Shown here piece by piece: positions 11,050-23,173 of a stretch of DNA of 64,000 bases. Both the position numbers and the translations under genes were made by a program. The notes under the pieces are model-generated. The model had not been told where the DNA came from. It searched no databases and worked only from the letters and a program-made list of their open reading frames with translations. Positions within the stretch are counted from its first letter, which is position 1; each line of letters starts with the position of its first letter. This DNA is from Synechococcales cyanobacterium VAR_4_metabat_354 (lineage in GTDB: Bacteria; Cyanobacteriota; Cyanobacteriia; Cyanobacteriales; Chamaesiphonaceae), in contig JANOQI010000031.1 of assembly GCA_031414775.1 (NCBI GenBank), positions 32,001-96,000 on the forward strand. Direction: 5' to 3'.

Positions 11050-11098
11050 ACCCTATTAGGATCGACCTATACAATTCGTATCATTAGCTACGAATTGT
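11050..11098 (-). promoter_or_regulatory. Canonical NtcA-activated (class II) promoter of nrtP
   Basis: GTA-N8-TAC at 11078-11091 inside perfect 10-bp arms ACAATTCGTA/TACGAATTGT; exactly 22 nt further on the minus strand is TAGGGT (TAN3T -10 box, 11050-11055). Confidence 0.88.
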
Positions 11099-11135
11099 TA
11101 AAAACAACAAATTAAATGCAACTCAAATATGCGTT

Positions 11136-11576
11136 TTACGCATGACACGCCAAAATCTCCACAACTCTACCTGCACTAACCTGATGGGCAAAGGTAATTT
11201 TCCAATAATGGGAAGGCAGATAGGGGAGTAGCTCCGACCATTCGATCGCCACAATACCAGGTTCCACTTCTAACCCCTCCCAATATTGTTCTGGGTGCAA
11301 AGCAATAACCTCATCCCGCTCTAACCGATACAAATCTAGATGGTAAAGCGGACAGCGCCCTTCTAAATATTCATTGACCAAAGTAAAAGTTGGACTGGCC
11401 ACCGCGCCAGTAATACCCAAACCAGCTGCTAATCCCTGCACAAAAGTGGTCTTGCCACTGCCCAAATCGCCAAATAATAGCAACACTGCTCCCGGTGTCA
11501 GTTGGGCAGCAAAGTCACAACCCAGCTGTCTAGTAGCAGCCTCATCTACCAGCAGCTCATGATGCCGATCGCTCAT
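11136..11576 (-). CDS. tsaE: t6A37 tRNA modification ATPase TsaE
   Basis: [22 protein letters not shown]. Confidence 0.95.
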   Translation of the reverse strand: MSDRHHELLVDEAATRQLGCDFAAQLTPGAVLLLFGDLGSGKTTFVQGLAAGLGITGAVASPTFTLVNEYLEGRCPLYHLDLYRLERDEVIALHPEQYWEGLEVEPGIVAIEWSELLPYLPSHYWKITFAHQVSAGRVVEILACHA

Positions 11577-12972
11577 TCTCTCTCACTTCTTTCACTTCCG
11601 ACTTCTGCTGACGATACCAAAAAAACAACGCCCGACCTAACTTCCGGGAGTTGTGACGGAGCGAGCCTTTGTCATCTTCTTCCATCACATTGACCGACAA
11701 AATCTGTCGTCCTAATTTCTGAACAATTTCTTCATCTAATAAAACTGGGAAAGAATCACCCTGAGCGTAACGATCTAAGCAACTGGCTGAAGGACTAGTC
11801 TTTTGGACTAATACCGCATTAAAAAGCCGCTGACCACAGGCATGATCGATCGCCTTAATGTGATCGCTGACGCTATAGCCAGTGGTTTCACCGGGCTGGC
11901 TCATGATGTTACAAACATAAATACAAGGGACTCGGCGCTTGGCAATGGCTTGAGCTATTTCTGGTACCAGGAGATTAGGAATGACACTGGTGTACAAACT
12001 GCCCGGCCCAATTAAAATGTAATCGGCTTCGCTAATTGCTTTGAGCACTGCGGGCAAAGCCGGGGGTCGCTCCGGAATACAACCAATTCGGACAATCTGA
12101 CCACCAGCTTCGGTAATTCGCGACTCACCTTCAATCCGGCGGCCATCAGCCAATTCTGCCCACAGATCGACGTGGGTTAGGGTGGCGGGTAGTACCCGAC
12201 CCTGGATCGCTAAGACCTTAGAACTAGCTGCAATTCCACGCTCCAAGTCACCAGTGATATCGGCCATCGCTGTCAGGAATAAGTTACCAAAACTATGACC
12301 TTCTAAACCCTCGCCAGCTTGGAAGCGGTATTGAAACAATTCCGTCAATAATTTTTCTTCGTCCGCCAAGGCCGCAATACAGTTGCGAATATCACCGGGC
12401 GGTAACACGCCAAAGTCGCGGCGGAGCCGACCGGAAGAGCCACCATCATCAGCCACCGTCACAATGGCAGTAATATTGGCGCTGTAATGTTTTAAGCCTC
12501 TGAGGAGAGTTGATAATCCGGTACCGCCACCGAGTGCCACAATTTTTGGTCCTCTGTTTCGCCGTCGATTGTTTGTGAGCATGTCCAGCAGCGTTTTTTC
12601 ACTTTGGGGATCTAAGGCACCACTAACGGCTCGCAAAGAACGCATCTGCCCCCAAAACAACAGAAAAAAGCCTGTCGCTAAAATGATCGGACCAGAGACC
12701 CGATTAGGCACCACTGTAGAAATGTTGTAAAGAATATTATCAGCAAACTGAACGAATGATCGAATCGGCATCAGCCTGACCCAAATAGCCACTCCCAACC
12801 CAATAAAAACGACCCCGGATAAGGTCACCATAAACCAGCGTTTTACGAACAAGCCTGGCGCTAGCCATTGCATTGATTTATTGACAATTCCGGTGTTTTC
12901 GGTGAAACGCTCATGGTAACGAGGAGTTTCTTGATGAACCTTTTGTAAAGCTTCTGGGGCAGTTTTAGGCAT
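11557..12972 (-). CDS. Gluconeogenesis factor YvcK/UPF0052 family with N-terminal TM segments
   Basis: [34 protein letters not shown] at 12972 (TTG at 12984 possible); overlaps tsaE start. Confidence 0.9.
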   Translation of the reverse strand: MPKTAPEALQKVHQETPRYHERFTENTGIVNKSMQWLAPGLFVKRWFMVTLSGVVFIGLGVAIWVRLMPIRSFVQFADNILYNISTVVPNRVSGPIILATGFFLLFWGQMRSLRAVSGALDPQSEKTLLDMLTNNRRRNRGPKIVALGGGTGLSTLLRGLKHYSANITAIVTVADDGGSSGRLRRDFGVLPPGDIRNCIAALADEEKLLTELFQYRFQAGEGLEGHSFGNLFLTAMADITGDLERGIAASSKVLAIQGRVLPATLTHVDLWAELADGRRIEGESRITEAGGQIVRIGCIPERPPALPAVLKAISEADYILIGPGSLYTSVIPNLLVPEIAQAIAKRRVPCIYVCNIMSQPGETTGYSVSDHIKAIDHACGQRLFNAVLVQKTSPSASCLDRYAQGDSFPVLLDEEIVQKLGRQILSVNVMEEDDKGSLRHNSRKLGRALFFWYRQQKSEVKEVRENERSAS

Positions 12973-13125
12973 TGCTCTAGCCAAAGAGTTGAGAAAAAGA
13001 AGGTGAAAACTGTGTTGAAATGAGGGATGAATGTAAATGTGGATTTGAGAATACTACTTAGACTACTACATAAATCTTAGTGTTTAGTTAATAGCCTATT
13101 AAGCATTCCCATAATTGTTAAATAA

Positions 13126-13617
13126 GTGACAAAAAAAAGAATTCTTGGTTTAGACCCCGGCCTTGCGACCATTGGATTCGGCATTATCGATATTGCAACT
13201 AATCCGGCTAAAGGTTGTACTCCTCTGCTGATGGTGGACTTTGGGATTATTCAAACTCCGGCTAAGACCGAAATTAGTCAGCGCTTGCGGATCATTTACG
13301 ATGACTTAAGTAGTGTTGTTGACGAATTTCAACCAGATTTAGTTGCGATCGAGAAGTTTTTCTTTTATCGCATGGCCAATACGATCGCCGTGGCTCAGGC
13401 CAGAGGGATATTACTCCTAGTTTTGGCACAACATAACCTCTCCTATATGGAGTTTACCCCAGCCCAGATTAAACAAGCGATCACTGGCTACGGAAATGCG
13501 CAAAAGGAGGAAGTTCAAGCGGCAGTAGCCAGAGAATTGGCTCTTGACTATATTCCACGACCTGATGATGCCGCTGATGCTTTAGCAATTGCGATCACTG
13601 GTTGGATGAATTTGTGA
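13126..13617 (+). CDS. ruvC: Holliday junction resolvase RuvC
   Basis: [24 protein letters not shown]. Confidence 0.95.
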   Translation: MTKKRILGLDPGLATIGFGIIDIATNPAKGCTPLLMVDFGIIQTPAKTEISQRLRIIYDDLSSVVDEFQPDLVAIEKFFFYRMANTIAVAQARGILLLVLAQHNLSYMEFTPAQIKQAITGYGNAQKEEVQAAVARELALDYIPRPDDAADALAIAITGWMNL

Positions 13618-13829
13618 CTTCAAAATAATCTGAAGTTAGATTGTCTAGCATATCCACCCTAGATTAAATTTGGATGAATTTGGGGGAACGGCCAATCTTC
13701 ATGGTTATCTAATTGGGGTTGAATTCTGATAGTTCGCGATCAAAATTTAAGGAGAGGGCTTTCTCAGCTACATTAAGATAGAGGTGAAAATTAATTTTGC
13801 CACTCTTTCTTTGACCTGACTCTAAACTT

Positions 13830-15023
13830 ATGGATACCAAAGCATTTAAGCGATCGCTGAATCATTCTGACAATTACCATCGCAAGGGTTTTGGCCACCA
13901 AGAGGAGGCCAATTTGGCTTTGGAGTCGGAATATCAAAGCGATTTAATCAAACAGATTCGAGCCAACAATTACACCTGGCGATCGGGAGCAGTGACCATC
14001 CGCTTGGCCGAGTCCTTTGGTTTTTGCTGGGGCGTAGAGCGAGCGGTGGCCATGGCCTACGAAACTCGTCAACATTTTCCAACACAACAGATTTGGATCA
14101 CTAACGAAATCATTCACAATCCGTCGGTCAATCAGCGCCTCAAAGATATGGCCGTGAACTTTATTGAAGTAGAAAACGGTGCCAAAGATTTTGGATCGAT
14201 CGGCAATTCCGATGTGGTGATTCTACCTGCTTTTGGGGCTAGTGTTCAGGAAATGCAACTACTTAATGACAAAGGCTGTACGATCGTTGATACCACTTGT
14301 CCATGGGTCTCGAAGGTGTGGAATACGGTCGAAAAGCACAAGAAAAAAGACCATACTTCTATTATCCACGGCAAGTACAACCACGAAGAAACCGTAGCCA
14401 CCAGTTCTTTTGCCGGTAAGTATCTAATAGTGCTCAATATGGCTGAAGCTAATTATATTTGCAACTATATTTTGCAGGGTGGCGACCGCCAAGACTTTTT
14501 GGCGAAGTTTAGCAAATCTTACTCGGAGGGCTTTGACCCGGATATCGATCTAGACCGGGTGGGCATTGCCAACCAGACTACCATGCTCAAAACCGAAACC
14601 GAGGAAATCGGTAAGTTGTTTGAGCGCACGATGATGAAGAAATACAGCACCACCGAGCTGAACGAACATTTCTTGAGCTTTAACACGATCTGCGATGCAA
14701 CTCAAGAACGTCAGGATGCCATGTTTCAGTTGGTGGATGAAAAACTGGATTTAATGATGGTGATTGGGGGTTTTAATTCTTCCAACACGACTCATTTACA
14801 AGAAATCTCGATCGATCGCCAAATTCCTTCGTATCACATTGACTGTGCCGAAAGGATCATGAGTAATAATCGTTTAGAGCATCAGTCTTTAGATCAGGGA
14901 ATTATAGTTACTGAAAACTGGCTGCCAGTAGGTGAAATCACGGTAGGCATTACATCTGGGGCTTCTACTCCTGACAAAGTTGTGGAAGAAGTGATCGAGC
15001 TGATTTTCTCCCAGAAGATATGA
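13830..15023 (+). CDS. ispH: 4-hydroxy-3-methylbut-2-enyl diphosphate reductase
   Basis: [36 protein letters not shown]. Confidence 0.96.
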   Translation: MDTKAFKRSLNHSDNYHRKGFGHQEEANLALESEYQSDLIKQIRANNYTWRSGAVTIRLAESFGFCWGVERAVAMAYETRQHFPTQQIWITNEIIHNPSVNQRLKDMAVNFIEVENGAKDFGSIGNSDVVILPAFGASVQEMQLLNDKGCTIVDTTCPWVSKVWNTVEKHKKKDHTSIIHGKYNHEETVATSSFAGKYLIVLNMAEANYICNYILQGGDRQDFLAKFSKSYSEGFDPDIDLDRVGIANQTTMLKTETEEIGKLFERTMMKKYSTTELNEHFLSFNTICDATQERQDAMFQLVDEKLDLMMVIGGFNSSNTTHLQEISIDRQIPSYHIDCAERIMSNNRLEHQSLDQGIIVTENWLPVGEITVGITSGASTPDKVVEEVIELIFSQKI

Positions 15024-15228
15024 TTCACACCTTTGAATTAAACGATTTAACTACCCTGTTGCCAGCGGAAAGGATAGTGCATTAGATTAGTACAATCACT
15101 CTGAATAGTTCAGTAATTGTGCTGATAAATTAATGGTTGAGTAAGCGTTAGGATGGCGTGTGAGGTGGGTAGTTCTATGGATATGAGCTAGTATATAAAT
15201 CATAGCCAGCTCACAATCTATTAATTTA

Positions 15229-16203
15229 ATGATGAAGAGTACTAATACTGACAGAAATGCTATGGCTCCATCAGGTTTGGACTTTAGCACTAACCCAAAA
15301 ATCACGCACTATTGGCAGTCACTAAAGCGCTATATTTTCAATCATCGGCGACTAACAATGTACACTTTAGGTCGCTTTCAGATAGTGCGCAAGCTAGCAC
15401 TGCTACTTTCCAAACAAACATCTTTACCGCAACCCGATACTAAGACAGTTTTCTCTGATATATCTATTGAAACCGTAGTGAATAGCTTGGATACCAATGG
15501 CTACTATGCCGGTTTGCAGCTGCCGGTGGAAATTGTAAAGAAAATATTAAATTTTGCTCATATCAATTCGTTTTATGACGATCAAAATCCTGAGAAACTT
15601 TATACTTATCAGGATCTTCAGCAGCTTGAAGTAAGAGATCTGCACAGAGTTTTGATTGGCCGCTATGAGAATACAGCTCAGGATTGTCCCATTACCATGG
15701 CTCTCCAGCAAGATTCGCAACTACTAGCTGTTGCCACTAAATACTTAGGTCGGCGACCAAAACATAGTGATCATAGATTGTGGTGGAGTCTGGCCAATAA
15801 TGCTACTGATGAACATGCGCGAATTCGTTCCGGACAGGAGTTTCACTATGATTTGGATGACTATCGCACCATATCATTTTTCTTCTATCTGACAGATGTT
15901 GATACTTTTGGTGGGCCGTTAATGTTCATCAAAGGCAGTCATAAAAAGAAAAAATTAAGCTATTTGCTATCGATGTTTAAAGCACGTCAAGAATCTGATC
16001 TGTTGAAGTTTTATAGTAGAGATGATTTTATTGAAATGCGTGGAGCAGCAGGCTTTGGCTTTGCAGTCGATCTATTTGGATATCATAGAGGCAAGCCACC
16101 TGAAAATAGCGATCGATTAATATTGCAAATTCGATTTGCGCTAAATGACTACAATAGTGATGGTAAGACCCTTGATGGATTTCAGGGAGCATCTCCAAAA
16201 TAA
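15229..16203 (+). CDS. Putative Fe(II)/2-oxoglutarate dioxygenase (PhyH-like)
   Basis: FHYD (HxD), FFYLTDV..GP....GSH, distal HRG and R-x-ILQ pattern; start uncertain. Confidence 0.6.
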   Translation: MMKSTNTDRNAMAPSGLDFSTNPKITHYWQSLKRYIFNHRRLTMYTLGRFQIVRKLALLLSKQTSLPQPDTKTVFSDISIETVVNSLDTNGYYAGLQLPVEIVKKILNFAHINSFYDDQNPEKLYTYQDLQQLEVRDLHRVLIGRYENTAQDCPITMALQQDSQLLAVATKYLGRRPKHSDHRLWWSLANNATDEHARIRSGQEFHYDLDDYRTISFFFYLTDVDTFGGPLMFIKGSHKKKKLSYLLSMFKARQESDLLKFYSRDDFIEMRGAAGFGFAVDLFGYHRGKPPENSDRLILQIRFALNDYNSDGKTLDGFQGASPK

Positions 16204-16274
16204 GACTAGCATGGCAAGCCAACAGCGGTTTATCATAAAAGGAATCATCTGTAACTCTTTTTATTGACCGACCT

Positions 16275-17663
16275 ATGTTTGACTCATTAGCTGAAAGTTT
16301 TGAATCTGCCTGGAAAAAGCTTCGTGGCCAGGACAAAATCAAATCTAGCAACATTCAAGAAGCCCTGCGGGAAGTGCGAAGGGCATTGATTTCAGCTGAT
16401 GTTAACGTTCAGGTTGTCACCAACTTTGTCAAAGAAGTCGAAGAAGCAGCTCAGGGTGGCGAGGTTATTTCAGGGGTACGTCCAGACCAGCAGTTTATCA
16501 AGATTGTCTACGATGAGTTAGTCAAGACTATGGGGCAAACCAACGTCCCCCTGGCTCGTGCCGATGAATCTCCCACTATTATCTTGATGGCGGGTTTACA
16601 AGGGGCTGGTAAAACTACTGCTACAGCTAAATTAGCACTGCATCTTAAAAAAGAGAATCGATCGACATTGCTTGTAGCCACTGACGTTTATCGGCCAGCT
16701 GCGATCGATCAATTAATCACTCTTGGTAAACAGATCGATGTGCCTGTATTTGAAATGGGCATCGATACGAACCCAGTCGAAATCGCTCGTCAGGGTTTGG
16801 CCAAAGCCAAGGAACTGGGTGTTGATACCGTCATCATCGATACTGCTGGGCGGCTGCAAATTGACACCAAAATGATGACCGAGCTAGCCGAGGTCAAAAA
16901 TGCCCTCCAGCCCCAAGAAATTTTATTAGTCATCGATTCCATGACTGGTCAAGAAGCAGCCAACGTGACTCTGGCCTTCCACGAGCAGATTGGGATTACC
17001 GGAGCCATTCTGACCAAGCTCGATGGCGATACGCGCGGTGGTGCTGCTTTGTCAGTGCGGGCTGTTTCCGGGCAACCAATCAAATTCGTCGGGGTCGGCG
17101 AAAAAGTTGAAGCCTTGCAACCTTTCTATCCTGAGCGGATGGCTTCGCGGATCTTGGGCATGGGTGATGTGTTGACCCTAGTGGAACGCGCCCAGGAAGA
17201 AGTTGATATTGCCGATGCCGAAAAGATGCAAGCCAAGATCATGGAAGCCAAATTTGACTTCAATGACTTCATTAAGCAAATGCGGATGATCAAGAACATG
17301 GGATCTTTTGGCGGTTTGCTGAAGATGATTCCGGGTATGGGCAAGGTTTCGGATGATCAGCTTAAAAAAGGTGAAGACGAACTGAAAAAAGCTGAGGCGA
17401 TGATCGGCTCTATGACAAAGGCTGAGCGGGTTGACCCAGAGCTGTTGGCCAAAACACCCAGTCGCCGGCGGCGGATTGCCAAAGGCTGTGGTCGCACTGA
17501 AACGGAAGTGAATAAGTTGGTGGTAGACTTTACAAGGATGCGATCGATGATGCAACAAATGACTACTGGTAATTTCCCACCCGGTTTTCCAGGCGGCCCG
17601 GGGGGTGGTGCTGCCAAGCAGCAAAAGCCCAAGAAAAAGAAAAAAGGCTTTGGAACACTCTAG
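16275..17663 (+). CDS. ffh: Signal recognition particle protein
   Basis: GLQGAGKTT, DTAGR, TKLDGD, Met-rich M domain. Confidence 0.97.
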   Translation: MFDSLAESFESAWKKLRGQDKIKSSNIQEALREVRRALISADVNVQVVTNFVKEVEEAAQGGEVISGVRPDQQFIKIVYDELVKTMGQTNVPLARADESPTIILMAGLQGAGKTTATAKLALHLKKENRSTLLVATDVYRPAAIDQLITLGKQIDVPVFEMGIDTNPVEIARQGLAKAKELGVDTVIIDTAGRLQIDTKMMTELAEVKNALQPQEILLVIDSMTGQEAANVTLAFHEQIGITGAILTKLDGDTRGGAALSVRAVSGQPIKFVGVGEKVEALQPFYPERMASRILGMGDVLTLVERAQEEVDIADAEKMQAKIMEAKFDFNDFIKQMRMIKNMGSFGGLLKMIPGMGKVSDDQLKKGEDELKKAEAMIGSMTKAERVDPELLAKTPSRRRRIAKGCGRTETEVNKLVVDFTRMRSMMQQMTTGNFPPGFPGGPGGGAAKQQKPKKKKKGFGTL

Positions 17664-17702
17664 TTTCTATTAACTACAATATTAAAACAAATTACTATTA
17701 AA

Positions 17703-17728
17703 AACAGGGACGAACGATCTGCCCTGTT
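17703..17728. terminator. Hairpin between convergent ffh and the 555-aa ORF
   Basis: AACAGGG...CCCTGTT inverted repeat. Confidence 0.4.
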
Positions 17729-17775
17729 CCCTGTTTCCAGTAGTAAATATCAACTTTCGCTTGTATTTAAAAAGC

Positions 17776-19443
17776 TCAAGTTATTCTACTAATCTGTCTC
17801 TCAATCAAATCTGCGTCACTTTTTCTTGCTAAAAAAGTCTGAAGTAAACTGGTGATAGTCCCTATTTCATATTCATTTAAATAAGATTCACTTGTCAAAC
17901 AACATAAGATAGATCTGAGAACGAAATCAATTTTACTACTATTACATAAAGATTCAGTAATTTCTTCTATTTTGTCTTGAATAGATTGTTTCAATTCGGT
18001 GATATTTTCTGACTTAAAGGATAAGTTATCCCGTAAATATGAGTGATACTTATCACATTTAGAATGTTCTAATGATAAATATAGTGCTCTATATAAACAC
18101 TTATGCTCATTTATACTGAAATCACAAATTCTTCTAGAAGAGTAAAAAATTTGTAATTCTTGCACTAAAAAAATAAGTTCATCAAGCCCTTGACGGAACT
18201 TCTTTCTATAAGTGTGAGCATTTTTTAGTCTATACTTTTTCACAAAGTCTTTATAGCTCGCTCTTTTTACTTTTTGAATCAATTTTGGACAACGGTATAT
18301 ATTTTTCTTCCAAAATGATGCATATGGAATTAGTTCATCAAGAAGCCAGTTATATGTTGTTTCTATATCCCAATAATTCCTTAAGCTAAACTCATTGTTA
18401 TATTCTCTTGAATTATAGGGTGGCTGCCATAGAAGCAACATTTTTCCGGAATTTTGTTGCTTGGTAGATATAAAAACATGGTGTCCTTGATTATACTGCA
18501 AAGTTTCTTTAGTAAATACTTGTATATATTGACCATGACTATCGAAAATAGTCCATTTTTTTTCATTCTCTGCATGGCATTTGGCAAACTGAATTGAATA
18601 TTCATTGTTTATAGAATTATGATGATGTGTGAAATCAAGCAATAAAAACCAAAGTTCTTGTTCTATCTCAATCAAAGGAACGTGATCACCAAATCCATCT
18701 AAAATTTCAAAATCACTTGATTTCCATGTATTTTCAATCATGAGTAATCGTTCTTTGTATTTCTCCCACAAACGATCTAAATTGTCACATAGTGACTGAA
18801 TTTCTTTTTCCTGCAAGACTATTCTAGTTGTGCCAATATCACAATAGTATTCACCTTTATACAACGAGATAAAGCCTCTAGATTCCAAAGACATTTTATA
18901 GGTTTTGAAATAAGTTTGAAGAACAGATAAATGATCGAATGTAAATGTGATATCTTCAAGTTTTTCAATTCCAAATACAATGGCTCCACAAGCTCTGTTT
19001 TTATTCAGAGTCGGTAGAAATGATAAAATCTGGACATATTCATTCTCTATATTAAAAATATCATCATTAATATCATCAAACTCAAACTCCCAGCAATCAT
19101 CATACTCTTTACATTCTTTCCAGCCTTGATTTTTCATGGATTCTTTTCGTCTTTCCCATGGTGAAAGTGTTAGTGATAGATCAGAATAAGGTACATAAAA
19201 TAATTCTTCTTTGACTTCTAAATTATTTTCTATTTCTCCAACCTCTGAAATCTTAGCTATAGTTGCCGCTGTTTCTTCAGCTAATATTGGCTTCTCCGGT
19301 TTTTCCGTAACTCTTTTCCAAAACTCTTCACCACCTTTTTTACCAAGTGCTCCAGCAAGTCCTCCAAATGCCTTTTCTAAAAATTCACTTGTGCTAGGGA
19401 GAATATGGTCTTGCAAACTCATCCAAAAATCGTGGATACTCAT
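17776..19443 (-). CDS. Hypothetical protein (555 aa), AT-rich, probably horizontally acquired
   Basis: Long uninterrupted ORF, visibly AT-rich; no family recognised. Confidence 0.8.
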   Translation of the reverse strand: MSIHDFWMSLQDHILPSTSEFLEKAFGGLAGALGKKGGEEFWKRVTEKPEKPILAEETAATIAKISEVGEIENNLEVKEELFYVPYSDLSLTLSPWERRKESMKNQGWKECKEYDDCWEFEFDDINDDIFNIENEYVQILSFLPTLNKNRACGAIVFGIEKLEDITFTFDHLSVLQTYFKTYKMSLESRGFISLYKGEYYCDIGTTRIVLQEKEIQSLCDNLDRLWEKYKERLLMIENTWKSSDFEILDGFGDHVPLIEIEQELWFLLLDFTHHHNSINNEYSIQFAKCHAENEKKWTIFDSHGQYIQVFTKETLQYNQGHHVFISTKQQNSGKMLLLWQPPYNSREYNNEFSLRNYWDIETTYNWLLDELIPYASFWKKNIYRCPKLIQKVKRASYKDFVKKYRLKNAHTYRKKFRQGLDELIFLVQELQIFYSSRRICDFSINEHKCLYRALYLSLEHSKCDKYHSYLRDNLSFKSENITELKQSIQDKIEEITESLCNSSKIDFVLRSILCCLTSESYLNEYEIGTITSLLQTFLARKSDADLIERQISRIT

Positions 19444-19548
19444 ATTTCAGATATTCATCTTGACTATGCTTCTCTATTCCATAGAGTAGCAAATATTCAG
19501 AATATTACTGGTACGACCCACCACGTCTAGACTAATGCAGATCAAGCA

Positions 19549-20484
19549 CTACCTTAATTTATTTCTCTCCAGCCAAGCTATCAAATCCGCCATCTGAGTA
19601 AAATCCAACAAAGCCTCACCCAGAGCTTCTAATCGTTCCACCGAAAGAGCCTTAATCATTCCTTCCAGATCATTTGAAACATCACCAACACGTCTTTTGA
19701 GCTGACGAAGAACAAGTTCATATTCCCTCGCTTCTCCCATCAGCAAACCCTCCAATCTAGCTTGTGCCATCTCAGAGCGGTAGATAGCATCAATTTCTTG
19801 CATCGTTTTCATAAAATCTTCATCCTCTTGTGATAAACCAGCGGCCGACTTCTCAGTCAAATACTTAAAATGTTTGATGCACACCTCCACAATATCATTT
19901 CTCTCTCTTCTCGTCCCCGGCAACTCCCTGATGTTGGCAAAAGCCTTAGTCAAAATCTTATCTTTCCCCAAACCACGTAGCCACAGGGTTTCTGGTGTTT
20001 CTGGTAAATTCCTAATCACCACAATACCAACCTGAAAACCATCAGGAAGTCGATACACCCCAGCGCCTAAATCCTGGTCTGCTATTGCTCCAAAAGATCG
20101 CAAGATTTTATCGCTACATCCTGTTGCCAGTATCCAAGTAAAAGGCTTTTGCTCTCCATGAAACTGCTCGCCACGTTTCTTCGCCTCTTTTTCTTCCCCA
20201 CTCACATAAAGATCCATCCTCGTCACGCATCTGACAATATGGCTGGGCTTCAAATAGCCACTGTAATGTTCCACAAATATTGTCGGATGAACCTTCATCA
20301 AATCATCGAATAATCCTAGATTTTCGGTTGTCCAGGCAGAACTCTGAAGATTGCTCGTAAATAACAAATCAACTTCTAAATTTTCATCACTTTTGACTCG
20401 GATATTAGTACTAACTGTTCCTTTCGTCTGGTAAAGAGCTGTAGTGTAAGCTTTGGAGAAATCATCATCCTGATAAGGACTCAT
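19549..20484 (-). CDS. DUF4351-domain protein (Rpn/PD-(D/E)XK-like cyanobacterial family)
   Basis: N-terminal EVDLLF, ETLWLRGLG, C-terminal LVLRQLKRRVG...LEALGEALLDF...DLIAWL. Confidence 0.8.
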   Translation of the reverse strand: MSPYQDDDFSKAYTTALYQTKGTVSTNIRVKSDENLEVDLLFTSNLQSSAWTTENLGLFDDLMKVHPTIFVEHYSGYLKPSHIVRCVTRMDLYVSGEEKEAKKRGEQFHGEQKPFTWILATGCSDKILRSFGAIADQDLGAGVYRLPDGFQVGIVVIRNLPETPETLWLRGLGKDKILTKAFANIRELPGTRRERNDIVEVCIKHFKYLTEKSAAGLSQEDEDFMKTMQEIDAIYRSEMAQARLEGLLMGEAREYELVLRQLKRRVGDVSNDLEGMIKALSVERLEALGEALLDFTQMADLIAWLERNKLR

Positions 20485-20587
20485 TGGCTGGGCGATGTTT
20501 TAGTTGTTCGATATCATAGCATCGACGAGAGAATCACCAGGTGAGCGATGTTTCGTACTATATCGGAGATTTTCCTGGAAACAGTAA

Positions 20588-21997
<1,410 letters not shown>

Positions 21998-22027
21998 ATT
22001 TGTTCACCCTTTATTTAGACTATTACT

Positions 22028-22321
22028 ATGGAACTGTCGATCGAGTGTAAAAAACGTGTAGCTGGCACGAAACCTAATAGCCTGCGTCGGGCTGGTTTAA
22101 TCCCCGCTAACTTGTATGGCCACAAAGGTAGCGAATCCGAGCTACTGACTGTCGATGCCAAAACCTTGGAAATGCTTTTGAAAAAAGCGCAGCCTCGGAA
22201 AACGACAGTAGAAGTGAGCATCCCCGAGTTGTCTTGGAAAGGGAAAGTAGTACTGCAAGACGTACACAATCATCCTTGGAAGAATTTTACTTACCACGTT
22301 AGTTTTTTAGCTAGCAAGTAG
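22028..22321 (+). CDS. rplY: 50S ribosomal protein L25 (short form)
   Basis: LRRAGLIPANLYG, HPWK...HVSF; next to purA as often seen in cyanobacteria. Confidence 0.9.
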   Translation: MELSIECKKRVAGTKPNSLRRAGLIPANLYGHKGSESELLTVDAKTLEMLLKKAQPRKTTVEVSIPELSWKGKVVLQDVHNHPWKNFTYHVSFLASK

Positions 22322-22352
22322 ATCATCAGTCTATACATTTAATTATTTATGT

Positions 22353-22379
22353 GACCCAGCTCCAGCTGGGTTATTTTTT
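22353..22379 (+). terminator. Rho-independent terminator after rplY
   Basis: GACCCAGC-TCCA-GCTGGGTT followed by ATTTTTT. Confidence 0.8.
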
Positions 22380-22459
22380 GCTTTTTGGGAAACTATGATC
22401 GCTAGATAAATGTCATAAATATCTATCAAACTCACCTCGAAATATTCAACCTTAACCCC

Positions 22460-23173
22460 ATGACTCTTGCTAAATCCTGGCTATCTATGGCTTTACCCGT
22501 ACTCTTTACCTTGGGGAGCATTAGCCCTAGCTGGGCGGCTGAGCAGCAACATGCTCGCACCCTCTCGGTTACTGGTAGAGGAACTACCAGTATTTCAGCG
22601 ACTCTAACTCAAATCCGTCTGGCAGTGGAAGTTTCGGGCAAAAATCCGAATGATGTGCAGAAAGAAGCCGCCCAAAGATCTAGCAAAGTTATTCAGCTCT
22701 TGCGATCAAAGAAGGTCGATAAGCTGCAAACAGCTGGTATTGGTCTGAATCCGATCTACAACTACGAAAATAATAAGCAAAAACTGACTGGCTATAACGC
22801 CACTAATAGTCTGAGTTTCCGGCTCCCCGTCGCCCAAGCTGGTGCCGTCATTGATGCCGCCGTGCAGGCGGGAGCCACTCGTATTGATAGTGTGAGTTCG
22901 ATCGCTAGCGAAGAAGCGGTCGCCACAGCTCAAACTCAAGCTTTACAACTGGCCACCAAAGACGCTCAGCGCCAAGCCCAATCGGTATTATCAGCCTTAG
23001 GTCTCCAGCCGAAAGAAGTAGTTGGGATTCAGATCAATGATGCGGCTCGGCCTAATCCAGTCATGATGGAGAGTGCGGCATTTGCGCGCTCTGATCGTAA
23101 GATGGCGACGACCGAAGTAGTCGGTGGTGAGCAAGAAGTCCAAGCTAACGTCACGTTGCAAATTAGTTATTAG
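22460..23173 (+). CDS. SIMPL (DUF541) periplasmic protein
   Basis: Signal peptide, LSVTGRG, GYNATNSL, GGEQEVQANVTLQISY. Confidence 0.88.
   Translation: MTLAKSWLSMALPVLFTLGSISPSWAAEQQHARTLSVTGRGTTSISATLTQIRLAVEVSGKNPNDVQKEAAQRSSKVIQLLRSKKVDKLQTAGIGLNPIYNYENNKQKLTGYNATNSLSFRLPVAQAGAVIDAAVQAGATRIDSVSSIASEEAVATAQTQALQLATKDAQRQAQSVLSALGLQPKEVVGIQINDAARPNPVMMESAAFARSDRKMATTEVVGGEQEVQANVTLQISY

Noticed and set aside
17722..17736. CCCTGTT-CCCTGTT heptamer pair resembling STRR repeats
   Set aside because: Only two copies, and part of a hairpin arm
19549..20484. DUF4351 gene as an IS transposase
   Set aside because: No terminal inverted repeats, target duplication or DDE/HUH motif seen
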